Shown here: positions 10,255-18,516 of the stretch, piece by piece
How the letters are laid out: each line of letters starts with the position of its first letter
How positions within the stretch are numbered: position 1 is the stretch's first letter
Origin: an uncultured Neomegalonema sp.
GTDB lineage: Bacteria; Pseudomonadota; Alphaproteobacteria; Rhodobacterales; Rhodobacteraceae
Direction: 5' to 3'
Length of the DNA stretch: 64,000 bases
Assembly (NCBI GenBank): GCA_937957975.1
Contig: CALFFK010000088.1
Coordinates: 12,758 to 76,757 of the forward strand
Position numbers and translations under genes: made by a program
The notes under the pieces: generated by a model
What the model was told of the DNA's origin: nothing
Databases searched by the model: none
The model's input: only the letters and a program-made list of their open reading frames with translations

Positions 10255-10919
10255 TACAGCCGCGCCTTATCGTTTTTGATTGCGATGGAACATTGGTCGA
10301 TAGCCTTTTCGCGATCCAGCATGCGATGGAGCAGGCGTTCAGCGCGCTGGCGCTGGATGCGCCCCCCGCTGAAGCCGTGCGTGGGATCGTTGGTTTGTCG
10401 GTCCCACAGGCGGTCGAGGCGCTGGCACCGGATCATCCGCCGGAAACCCTGGCGGCGATTGATCGCGCCTTTCGGGATGCGTCACTTGCGTACCGCCAGA
10501 ATAACCCCCAGTCGAATGGGCAACTCTATCCCGGCACGCGCGCAGCGTTGGAGCGGCTGAATACGCCTAATACGCTGATGGCCGTTGCAACGGGCAAGGC
10601 CCGGCGGGGTCTTGAGCACGTTCTGGATGTTTTTGACATGCGCGCGTTTTTCATGGCGACCCAGACAGCAGACGATGCACCCTCAAAACCACATCCCGGC
10701 ATGTTGCAAAACTGTGAGCGCATGACAGGCGTTGCTGCTGCACGTACTGCCATGGTCGGTGATACGACTTTCGATATTGCCATGGCGCGTGCGCACGGAT
10801 GCACTGCCATCGGCGTGAGTTGGGGGTATCATCCGGTCAAAGATCTGTTGGATGCAGGGGCCCATGTGATTATCGACGACTTTGCCGAGCTTGATGGAGC
10901 CTTGGAGATTCTGGGATGA
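10251..10919 (+). CDS. HAD-superfamily hydrolase (phosphoglycolate-phosphatase-like)
   Basis: Motif I 'VFDCDGTLVDS' and motif IV 'MVGDTTFDIAMA'. ATG 10251 overlaps the rluC-like stop (ATGA). Confidence 0.8.
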   Translation: MIQPRLIVFDCDGTLVDSLFAIQHAMEQAFSALALDAPPAEAVRGIVGLSVPQAVEALAPDHPPETLAAIDRAFRDASLAYRQNNPQSNGQLYPGTRAALERLNTPNTLMAVATGKARRGLEHVLDVFDMRAFFMATQTADDAPSKPHPGMLQNCERMTGVAAARTAMVGDTTFDIAMARAHGCTAIGVSWGYHPVKDLLDAGAHVIIDDFAELDGALEILG

Positions 10920-11611
10920 ACAAGCCGTGGCATGAAGCGCGGGTCGAGGGCGATGCAGCACCCTTTACGATCACATTCGGTGGCAAACCTGTCCGTACCC
11001 CCGCCAAACAGGCCGTCACCGCTCCGACCCATGCGTTGGCAGAGGCCGTTGTGGCGGAATGGCGGGCGCAGGGTGATACGGTCAATCCGAAGATCATGCC
11101 CATCACCCGCTATGTGAATTCGATTCTCGATACAGTGTCTTGCTACCGTAATGAAATCATTGAACAAGTGTCAGCGTATGGGGCCAGCGACCTTGTTTGT
11201 TACCGGTCTACCCATCCTGAAATTCTCGTCGCGCGACAAGCAGCAGCATGGGATGATCTGCTTACATGGGCTGCAAGGGAATTGGATGCGCCCATGGTCG
11301 TCACCACAGGCATTATGGCTGTCGAGCAACCTGAAACGAGCTTGATATCCCTGCGCGCGGCGGTCGCAACCCATGATAACACTGCATTGGCGGCCCTGCA
11401 TGATCTGACCGCCTTTTCCGGCTCACTCATCATTGCCCTTGCAATCAGCAAGGGTCATATGACGCCGAAACAGGCATGGGTAACTTCACGAGTAGACGAG
11501 GAATGGCAAATCGAGCAGTGGGGGGAAGACGATCTTGCCACGGCGGCAGCCAAAGACAAATACGCCGCATTTATGGACGCCGCACGATTGCTTGATCTAT
11601 CGCGGCAGTGA
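10916..11611 (+). CDS. ATP12-family F1-ATPase assembly chaperone
   Basis: The segment 'GGKPVRTPAKQAVTAPTHALAEAVVAEWRAQGDTVNPKIMPITRYVNSILD' is typical of alphaproteobacterial ATP12 proteins. There is an ATGA overlap with the HAD stop. Confidence 0.8.
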   Translation: MNKPWHEARVEGDAAPFTITFGGKPVRTPAKQAVTAPTHALAEAVVAEWRAQGDTVNPKIMPITRYVNSILDTVSCYRNEIIEQVSAYGASDLVCYRSTHPEILVARQAAAWDDLLTWAARELDAPMVVTTGIMAVEQPETSLISLRAAVATHDNTALAALHDLTAFSGSLIIALAISKGHMTPKQAWVTSRVDEEWQIEQWGEDDLATAAAKDKYAAFMDAARLLDLSRQ

Positions 11612-11614
11612 CGA

Positions 11615-11968
11615 TCAGGGACGTTGGGTTCCGAGTCTGCGGAAAACGGTTTCCATATTCATCCAGAACAGGTCTTCACCCGGATACCCCACGATCCGAC
11701 CGACCTCACGGTTGTCATCAATGAGTACGAAAGTCGGGGAAAAACGAACACCGTCGATCCATTTCAGATCTTCGGGGCGGTCTTCATTGAGACTGATGAT
11801 CCGTAGCGGCGCGCTCTTTCCTTCACGGGTCTTGTGATAATACGGACCAATATCGTCTTTCCAGAATTCGCAATGCATACATCCATCGGCGTCGAACATC
11901 AGCAATTCTGCTGCCCCCGCTTGCAGCGGAGCCAGTGCGAGGCTCATGGTCAGAAACAATTGTCGCAT
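11615..11968 (-). CDS. Periplasmic thioredoxin-fold protein (CxxC, SoxS/thioredoxin-like)
   Basis: Signal peptide 'MRQLFLTMSLALAPLQAGAA' and redox motif 'CMHC'. The start is set at the internal Met; the ORF extends to 12049. Confidence 0.55.
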   Translation of the reverse strand: MRQLFLTMSLALAPLQAGAAELLMFDADGCMHCEFWKDDIGPYYHKTREGKSAPLRIISLNEDRPEDLKWIDGVRFSPTFVLIDDNREVGRIVGYPGEDLFWMNMETVFRRLGTQRP

Positions 11969-12190
11969 TATGCTTCCTTCGCGTTTGTCGGGATGAGAAT
12001 ATCCTGTAATCGTAAAATGGTCGCGCAAATCTATCAAACGTGAACACAATATCTCTCAAATCGAACATATTGATGGCCGTACAAGATAAGTCATTTATCA
12101 CATAATTAGTCTTGTTGTGCCACTTATCGTATTAGCCCCACAAGGCTTATACCTCTCCAGGACACCGACACTCTACCCCGCTTCGAACTT

Positions 12191-12216
12191 CGCCCGCACC
12201 AATTCGCGGGCGTTTT
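12191..12216 (+). terminator. Intrinsic-terminator-like hairpin on the + strand with no + strand gene upstream
   Basis: The stem is cgcccgc (12191-97) pairing with gcgggcg (12205-11), with a 7-nt loop, followed by TTTTT (12212-16). It lies between two minus-strand genes. Confidence 0.45.
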
Positions 12217-12221
12217 TCGTT

Positions 12222-12818
12222 TCAGCGACGCCCCTTTTCCAGATCTTCGCCCCACCGTTTCGTCATCGGTGCGTCGAGGTCAAAAAGATCCAGAGCGCGC
12301 GCGACGGTTTGATCCACCATTTCCTCAAGGGATTTGGGTTCACTGTAGAAGGCCGGAACGGGCGGATAAATAATTGCGCCAATTTCACTGGCTGCCGTCA
12401 TATTGCGCAGGTGGCCTGTATGTAGGGGCGTCTCGCGCACCATCAGCACCAAACGTCGCCGCTCTTTCAGCACAACATCTGCTGCGCGGGTCAAAAGACC
12501 GGTCGTTACGCCGGTTGCGATTTCCGACAGGCTGCGCATCGAACAGGGAACGACGATCATGCCGAGTGTACGAAAGGAACCGGAGCTGATCGGTGCGCCG
12601 ACATCCTGAGCGCCATAATGGTGAGTCGCAAGCGCAGCGAGGGTGGAATAATCCATGTCAGTTTCATAATTAACCGTCATGCGTCCCGGTTGCGACACGA
12701 CCAGATGGGTTTCAACGCCCATCTCCCGCAGAATCTCAAGCATACGAATTGCGTAGATCGCTCCTGACGCTCCACTAATTCCAACAATGAGTTTTTTCGG
12801 TACATTTTTATTCATCAT
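12222..12818 (-). CDS. ubiX: Flavin prenyltransferase UbiX
   Basis: N-terminus 'LIVGISGASGAIYAIRMLEIL', plus 'LVLMVRETPLH' and 'MRSLSEIATG'. Length is 198 aa. Confidence 0.9.
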   Translation of the reverse strand: MMNKNVPKKLIVGISGASGAIYAIRMLEILREMGVETHLVVSQPGRMTVNYETDMDYSTLAALATHHYGAQDVGAPISSGSFRTLGMIVVPCSMRSLSEIATGVTTGLLTRAADVVLKERRRLVLMVRETPLHTGHLRNMTAASEIGAIIYPPVPAFYSEPKSLEEMVDQTVARALDLFDLDAPMTKRWGEDLEKGRR

Positions 12819-12928
12819 AACCGCTGAGAAATGTGGTGAATTGATCTAAAATCAAACGATTATTTTGCATGACAGGATGGCATTTCGGTGTTGTAATGAA
12901 GGTTCAACAGACCAGAAGGAGAGTGTCG

Positions 12929-13102
12929 ATGAGCTTGGCTTCCCATGTTGAAACCCTCAAGCGAAAGCATGAGCGACTCGAACATCAGATCATGGAGACA
13001 GAGCGTCACCCCGGCGTAGACCATGTGGAGGTCGCCGCGCTCAAACGTCAGAAGTTGCGTGTAAAGGATGAGATCGAAAAGCACGTTGCCTCGATCCACT
13101 GA
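12929..13102 (+). CDS. DUF465 (YdcH-like) small coiled-coil protein
   Basis: The segment 'LKRKHERLEHQIMETERHPGVDHVEVAALKRQKLRVKDEI' is the typical DUF465 pattern. The start is set at the internal Met (ORF begins at 12869). Confidence 0.7.
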   Translation: MSLASHVETLKRKHERLEHQIMETERHPGVDHVEVAALKRQKLRVKDEIEKHVASIH

Positions 13103-13134
13103 CTGTTATTCTTTCGATATAAAGAAACATGAAG

Positions 13135-13165
13135 CGCCTGACTTTAGTTGAAGTCAGGCGTTTTT
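13135..13165. terminator. Rho-independent terminator between DUF465 (+) and the GATase gene (-)
   Basis: A perfect 10-bp stem pairs cgcctgactt with aagtcaggcg around a 6-nt loop, followed by TTTTT at 13161-65. The 3' arm overlaps the last codons of the minus-strand gene. Confidence 0.7.
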
Positions 13166-13906
13166 GCGTTCGCTCTCCGCTGATGTATGGGCGCGACGGA
13201 AGAACGTTACAATCCATTCTGCCAGCATGTCGTTATCAACGCCGTTTTCCAACGTCTTGATCGCGTGTTCTGCAATATCTTCCGGGATGCCAATGCCGTT
13301 GCTGCCTTTGCGCAGGTCGATGAGATCGGCCTCATAAGCAGCGTCGAATTCCGGGTGCGGTTGAATCGAGATTGCGTGGTCGCCATAGGCCAATCCTGCG
13401 TATTCACAAAAATCCGAGCTTGCAATCACCCGTGCTTCCGGCGGTTTTTTCACGACCTGATCCTGATGCATGGCATGTACATTCATGGTTCCCGGAGTGG
13501 AGGTCATCCACGGTTCTTCATCAGCGAGACGATAGCTGTGAACGCCACAGCCCCAGCCGCGCTCTGATTTGACCACCTTGCCACCCATTGCTTCGGCAAG
13601 GATTTGATGGCCGAAGCAAATACCGACGATAGGCACTTTCGCGGCATAGGTTTCGCGCAGGAATGCCTTCAATGGCTCAATCCATGGCAGGGGATCGTAG
13701 ACGCCGTGTTTTGAGCCGGTCACAATCCATCCATCGGCATCCTGGGGTGAATCAGGAATGCGACCTTCATCCACAACATCCCAGCCCACTACCTCAATCG
13801 CAGAATCGGCGCGGTGTAGAAAGTCGCGGAACATCGGGACATAAGCACCATGCGTCGGCACGAGGTCGGGGTTGACCTTGCCGGTTTCGAGAATGCCGAT
13901 TTTCAT
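13154..13906 (-). CDS. Class I glutamine amidotransferase-like protein (GuaA-N-like GATase1)
   Basis: Nucleophile elbow 'GICFGHQILA' and His-Pro-Glu 'QPHPEF'. Length is 250 aa. Confidence 0.8.
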   Translation of the reverse strand: MKIGILETGKVNPDLVPTHGAYVPMFRDFLHRADSAIEVVGWDVVDEGRIPDSPQDADGWIVTGSKHGVYDPLPWIEPLKAFLRETYAAKVPIVGICFGHQILAEAMGGKVVKSERGWGCGVHSYRLADEEPWMTSTPGTMNVHAMHQDQVVKKPPEARVIASSDFCEYAGLAYGDHAISIQPHPEFDAAYEADLIDLRKGSNGIGIPEDIAEHAIKTLENGVDNDMLAEWIVTFFRRAHTSAESERKNA

Positions 13907-13957
13907 ATGTGCCTCCGTGGTGGTGTTGCAGATTATCCTTATCTGCGGTGGTGGCTG

Positions 13958-15178
13958 TTATCCATCGCCTTCCGACAGGAAATCGCGCACGGGCGTCCAG
14001 ACATCGTGATCTGCCTTTTCGCCAAGGACGATACCGAGATGGCCGGTAGGGGGATGCAAGATCTTTGTTGCGTTTATGGATTGTGCCAGTGGCAGGGCCG
14101 AGGCGGGGGGAACGACGGCATCCTTTGCCCCGACAACGACCATGACGGGCGCACGGATTGAACTGACATCAAGGGTCTGCCCTCCAATATCCCACGTACC
14201 ATGCAACAGGGCATTATCAATCAGCCATTCCGTGAAACATTCCAGCGTTACCGGCAAGGGCATCCCAATGCCGTCATTAAGCCAGTCTTCGACAGCCACG
14301 AATTGCCGCGCCGCCGTATCCATAGTATCGCCGGATGCGAAACGGCGGAACTTGCGTGCGCCCGATTCCAGATCGCGCATGGCGAAGAAGGATTGTACGA
14401 CCTGTGGTGGAATCGTGCCGAAAAATGTTGCCATGGTCATCAAAGAGGCTTCGAATGCCTTGCGGTTTTCGCGGAAACGGTCGTGTTCGGGAAAATGGGT
14501 GAAATCCCACGGTGCGCCGAGCGTAACGATGCTGCCAGTACCTTCTGTATCGCTCGCGGCCAGGGCCAACGCGATGGGGCCACCCATACAATATCCAGCG
14601 AGATGGACCGGGCCACCGCCACAAGCGCGCCGCGCTGCTGCAAAAGCCGGTCGAAGACGGCGTTCCAGATAATTGGCGATGCGGAATTGAGCTTCGCGCG
14701 GCCCCGGATCGCCCCAATCGAACAGAAAAGGGCGAAACCCGTTACGGGCAAGCCATCGCATTCGCGATTGCCGGAGGGTCAGGTCCATCACGAAAGCGCG
14801 GTTTATCATCGACGGGATCACAAATAGCGGGATGCCGCTGCCGCCATAATCAAGCACCCGTGTTGAGCCACGCGTCCACAGGGTTGGCACGCCGGGGACG
14901 GTGTGGCGGTAAGGATGCCGCTGATAGCGGGCCAGCCCGTCCAGCACCCCACCCACTTCCGATGCCAATGCGTCTATGTCCTGTGGGTTGGTTTGGGGAG
15001 TCGCAACCATTGTTTCCAATCGAGTCAGCGCCGTTTCGCGCAGATGGCGCAGGATCAAGGCTGCCCCGTCCCAGCGAAAATCCGGGTGGGTTTGATCCTG
15101 TGCGCTATCGATAGGTTGAGTAATGCCCTCATTCCCCGTTAATGCGGTATCGCGGGTGCGAAAAATGTTGCCCTGCAC
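13958..15178 (-). CDS. Class-III-type PHA synthase PhaC-like alpha/beta hydrolase
   Basis: It has the lipase-type box with Cys, 'GYCMGG', is ~400 aa, and is divergent from phaR. A GTG start is assumed. No phaE-like gene is adjacent. Confidence 0.6.
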   Translation of the reverse strand: MQGNIFRTRDTALTGNEGITQPIDSAQDQTHPDFRWDGAALILRHLRETALTRLETMVATPQTNPQDIDALASEVGGVLDGLARYQRHPYRHTVPGVPTLWTRGSTRVLDYGGSGIPLFVIPSMINRAFVMDLTLRQSRMRWLARNGFRPFLFDWGDPGPREAQFRIANYLERRLRPAFAAARRACGGGPVHLAGYCMGGPIALALAASDTEGTGSIVTLGAPWDFTHFPEHDRFRENRKAFEASLMTMATFFGTIPPQVVQSFFAMRDLESGARKFRRFASGDTMDTAARQFVAVEDWLNDGIGMPLPVTLECFTEWLIDNALLHGTWDIGGQTLDVSSIRAPVMVVVGAKDAVVPPASALPLAQSINATKILHPPTGHLGIVLGEKADHDVWTPVRDFLSEGDG

Positions 15179-15230
15179 ATTGTGCGGTGCAATGATTACC
15201 GAGGTTTATCATCGCCTGTCGGAGGACTAA

Positions 15231-15845
15231 ATGTCGAGCGCCAAGGACGGCAAATCCGATGTGAAGGGGGAGAAGCCCCCTATAACCATCAAAAAATATG
15301 CGAACCGCCGCCTCTATAACACGGCTACCAGCAGCTATGTTACTCTCGATACCCTGTCGGGGATGGTCAAGGAGGGGCAGGATTTCCTAGTCTTCGATGC
15401 CAAAAGCGGTGACGATATTACCAGGTCGGTATTGACTCAGATCATCTTTGAGGAAGAAGCCAAGGGCGAAAATCTTCTACCCATTAAATTCCTGCGCCAG
15501 CTTATCGGGTTTTACGGGAATTCGATGCAATCCTTCGTGCCGGGTTATCTGGAGATGAGTCTGGAAAGCCTGACGAAAAACCAAGCCGAATTTACGCGTG
15601 CTTTTGGTGGTGATGCAGCGGTTGAGGCCATGAAAACCATGACCGCGAAGAATGCTGAAATTTTTCAGAATGCGATGCGGGTATTTACGCCTTTTGGGGC
15701 GCTTTCCGGTGTTGATTCAACCAAGGTTGCGCCAGAGCCAAAGCCTTCCGGGTTGGAAACCGGGAAGCCAGGCGAGATCGATGCTTTGCGCGATCAGATT
15801 AACCAACTTCAGAGTGCCATTGAGGCGATGACGAAGAAGGGTTAG
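15231..15845 (+). CDS. phaR: Polyhydroxyalkanoate synthesis repressor PhaR
   Basis: N-terminus 'IKKYANRRLYNTATSSYVTLDTLSGMVKEGQDF' and 'SVLTQIIFEEE' are canonical PhaR motifs. Confidence 0.9.
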   Translation: MSSAKDGKSDVKGEKPPITIKKYANRRLYNTATSSYVTLDTLSGMVKEGQDFLVFDAKSGDDITRSVLTQIIFEEEAKGENLLPIKFLRQLIGFYGNSMQSFVPGYLEMSLESLTKNQAEFTRAFGGDAAVEAMKTMTAKNAEIFQNAMRVFTPFGALSGVDSTKVAPEPKPSGLETGKPGEIDALRDQINQLQSAIEAMTKKG

Positions 15846-15860
15846 GATTACAAGCGGCCA

Positions 15861-15895
15861 GCCAACACAGAAAATACCTCATTTTCTGCGTTGGC
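15861..15895. terminator. Long stem-loop between convergent phaR and the sulfotransferase gene (probable terminator, weak U-tract)
   Basis: gccaacacagaaaat pairs with attttctgcgttggc to give a 15-bp stem with one mismatch and a 5-nt loop. Confidence 0.4.
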
Positions 15896-16025
15896 TTCAA
15901 TAAACCCGGTCGTTTTCGATCTTATAGCAATTTGCGCAAATATTGAGGCAGGTTTCGCTGTATCTCTCGCCTTACGGCTCGAACGCGAAGACCTGCCACC
16001 TGATTCAATGCTTTCGCAGTTTGCT

Positions 16026-16943
16026 TTAACGGCGTGCCAACCGCTTGAGCCGCGCCCCACGCGTCAGGTAACACCACGCACCATGCAACTCACCCCCGGC
16101 GGAAAACCCGGCCCCACCGCGCGCATAGCCAAATCGGTCCAGTGCTTCGCCCGCTGTTTCCTCAATAACATAACGCTCTGACGCCTTCATCTCACGCTTC
16201 CAGCGTTCGATTTTGTCGGTCTGGGGGGGGCGATCAAGCACAGGCCAGAGGTCGCGCGTAGCGTCAGGCACTTTGCGTGACACGTCACCCGCATAATCGA
16301 GCATGGCCGGATCATAGCTTTCCCCCGCAAAATCGCAAAGCCGATCAAGCGTTTGCTCAGACAGAGCGATCAGGTCTTCATAGCGGATGCGCAAATATCG
16401 TTCTGGTCCTAACGCATTGCCGATCCTGTCGGCGGCGACTGTGGCGCGTGACCAACGGTCGGCAACCTCCATCGCGTTCAACCCACCAAAACGGTATCCC
16501 TTGAAGGACAATGCTACATCGCGACCATCCCGCACGATCTGTACGAAGCGCGCGGTAGGGAACAGGCGGGCCACATCTTCCAACCGGAAGAGGGTGCCAA
16601 TATCCATATTGACCCAGGCTTCCTTACCTTCTGCACTAGCGGCGGCGGTGTGGAAAGCATCCACGAGGTCGTCATAACGACCGGGACGGATCGCCTCGAC
16701 GATCGCCGCTTCATCAAACTCGACATTCCACAATTTCAACCGTTCATGCGCCGCTACCGCCGCTACCATGCGGGTGATTCCGGCGCTGCTCTCCAGCCCA
16801 TCGAATTCATCCAGCCGATCCGCAAAATCCCACCAGGTTCCTGTTACCGACAGCGGGCAGGAAAGACGCGGATGCGCCCCGGCCATCATGGTCAGCAACG
16901 TGGTTCCGCTGCGCTCAAAACCGAACAGAAAGGTGGGGGTCAT
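16026..16943 (-). CDS. Sulfotransferase-family protein
   Basis: PAPS 5'-phosphosulfate-binding loop 'FGFERSGTTLL' and a 3'-phosphate motif region 'IRYEDLI'. Confidence 0.75.
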   Translation of the reverse strand: MTPTFLFGFERSGTTLLTMMAGAHPRLSCPLSVTGTWWDFADRLDEFDGLESSAGITRMVAAVAAHERLKLWNVEFDEAAIVEAIRPGRYDDLVDAFHTAAASAEGKEAWVNMDIGTLFRLEDVARLFPTARFVQIVRDGRDVALSFKGYRFGGLNAMEVADRWSRATVAADRIGNALGPERYLRIRYEDLIALSEQTLDRLCDFAGESYDPAMLDYAGDVSRKVPDATRDLWPVLDRPPQTDKIERWKREMKASERYVIEETAGEALDRFGYARGGAGFSAGGELHGAWCYLTRGARLKRLARR

Positions 16944-16967
16944 TTGGACAGACTCTTTGAAAATGAT

Positions 16968-17035
16968 GGCGTCATTCCCGCAAAAGCGGGAATCTGTCCC
17001 GGTTCAGCGAAATGCCTGCTTGCGCAGGCATGATA
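16968..17035. repeat. REP/MITE-like double-hairpin palindromic element ('VIPAKAGI'-type)
   Basis: Hairpin 1 pairs attcccgc with gcgggaat (16974-16993). Hairpin 2 pairs atgcctgc with gcaggcat (17012-17031). Spurious ORFs across it translate to 'VIPAKAGI' and 'SFPQKRES'. A 25-mer is 23/25 identical to 27667-27691. Confidence 0.6.
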
Positions 17036-17045
17036 GCAAGGAGCG

Positions 17046-18290
17046 TTACGCGGGCTGTTCCACGCCCAGATCCAGAGCGAGTTGTTGCGCGTCAATATAG
17101 AATTTTGCCGCCCAGTTGGGGTACCCGTATGGCACGTAATCGCCATGGATCGGGAATGATCCGGCCACCGCACCGCGTGTCTCTTCCGGCCCTTCAGTGT
17201 CGATTCGGCGGCGTAAATACCCCAGAGCAAGGCCCGCCGCTTCGCGATAGCCACGCGAATCATCCACGGTAGAGAGCATCAACCAGCAATGTGCCACTTG
17301 CGCTGTACCGGTCATGCAAACCCAATCCGCCGAGTCCCGCCACTCGGCATCGAAACGGCCGCAGAGATAACCGTCTTCGCCGATACATCCGACCAATGCC
17401 CCGCCGAGTTTCTGCGCTGCTGTCAAATAGCGTTCTTCTTTCGAGAACTCATATGCCTCAAGGATACCACGCAGGGCATAACCCAGAGTATGCGTGAGTG
17501 GCGCATCGGGGCGCGACAGGCAGCATTCACTCATCCAACCATTGGATTTTTGCTTGGTCAGCGCCCAATCGACCTGCTTTAGCGCGGCATTTGACCATGA
17601 TTCGTTTGTTTCTGTGCGCGCGGCCTCCAGTAAACCCCAGGAAACATGCGTTTCATACGCTTTGTCATCCGGGGTGGCGAAGGGTGTTCGGTGGGCGCGC
17701 CAGCAGCCATCTTCATCCTGTGATTGAGCCAGCCAGTCGGCAGCTTTGCGCATCGACGGCGCATACTCCTCGCCGAAGACCTTTGCGCCCGCCGCGAGGC
17801 CCATGAGAATTTGTCCTGTATTGAACGTCACTGGTACCTTTGGCATCTGTCCAATCGTGCCGCCCTGAAAACCACCCTCGTCGAACTGAATCGAGACGAG
17901 CCAATCGAGCATCTTGCGGGCGCCTTCGCGCAGTTCTGCATCATCACGCAGTTCTGCCTGCGTTAGCAGGGTTGGTACGATATAGCCGCTTGTTTCCGGG
18001 TAACTGGCTGCCCAGCCAGTCGTATGGCTGTAATCGCGTGCGGCCCCATCGTCACTCGTCGCTGAATGCTTTTGCGCCATCAGCAACCAGTCGAGAGCCG
18101 CGCGCATCGTTGCGTCTGCGCCTGTATCGGGTCGTTCCACGCCAGAGAGGTCGCGCTTGCGGACCGCCTTTGCCGATGGAGGCATCTGTTGATGCTCCAG
18201 CCACGTCAATGCGGGCTGTAAAAGGGGTTTCAGCGGACGTACCGCTGCCTTGATATCCGAGATCGCCATGCCAGTTCGCTCCGAAGCCAT
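17046..18290 (-). CDS. Prenyltransferase/squalene-cyclase-repeat (alpha/alpha-toroid) protein, function unknown
   Basis: Repeated 'x-D/E-G-G/C-F/W' motifs are present ('QFDEGGFQGG', 'QDEDGCWRAH', 'KSNGWMSE', 'GEDGYLCGRF'). It is co-directional with the sulfotransferase gene. Confidence 0.5.
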   Translation of the reverse strand: MASERTGMAISDIKAAVRPLKPLLQPALTWLEHQQMPPSAKAVRKRDLSGVERPDTGADATMRAALDWLLMAQKHSATSDDGAARDYSHTTGWAASYPETSGYIVPTLLTQAELRDDAELREGARKMLDWLVSIQFDEGGFQGGTIGQMPKVPVTFNTGQILMGLAAGAKVFGEEYAPSMRKAADWLAQSQDEDGCWRAHRTPFATPDDKAYETHVSWGLLEAARTETNESWSNAALKQVDWALTKQKSNGWMSECCLSRPDAPLTHTLGYALRGILEAYEFSKEERYLTAAQKLGGALVGCIGEDGYLCGRFDAEWRDSADWVCMTGTAQVAHCWLMLSTVDDSRGYREAAGLALGYLRRRIDTEGPEETRGAVAGSFPIHGDYVPYGYPNWAAKFYIDAQQLALDLGVEQPA

Positions 18291-18387
18291 GCAAGGGTTT
18301 GGGACTGTCTAAACGCAAACTGGTTACGACTTTCTGAGAGCCGTCGAAGGAAAAATAAAATTAGATCAGATTCACGGGAAATGCTCC

Positions 18388-18416
18388 TTGCCAAGCTGAT
18401 AAGACCCGACTATCTA
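18388..18416 (+). promoter_or_regulatory. Candidate sigma-70 promoter of tRNA-fMet
   Basis: TTGCCA (18388-93), a 17-nt spacer, then TATCTA (18411-16). This sits ~12 nt upstream of the mature tRNA 5' end. Confidence 0.4.
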
Positions 18417-18428
18417 CTCCCTTCTTGG

Positions 18429-18505
<77 letters not shown>

Positions 18506-18516
18506 AGAACTTCAAG

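Noticed and set aside
16223-16230. Homopolymeric G8/C8 tracts inside the sulfotransferase gene (16223-30) and the GT4 gene (47371-78), considered as possible phase-variation switches.
   Set aside because: Equally long runs occur in housekeeping genes (C8 in preA at 37463-70, G7 in dht and in the mttB-like gene). They encode Pro/Gly runs. Nothing suggests they are specific to contingency loci.
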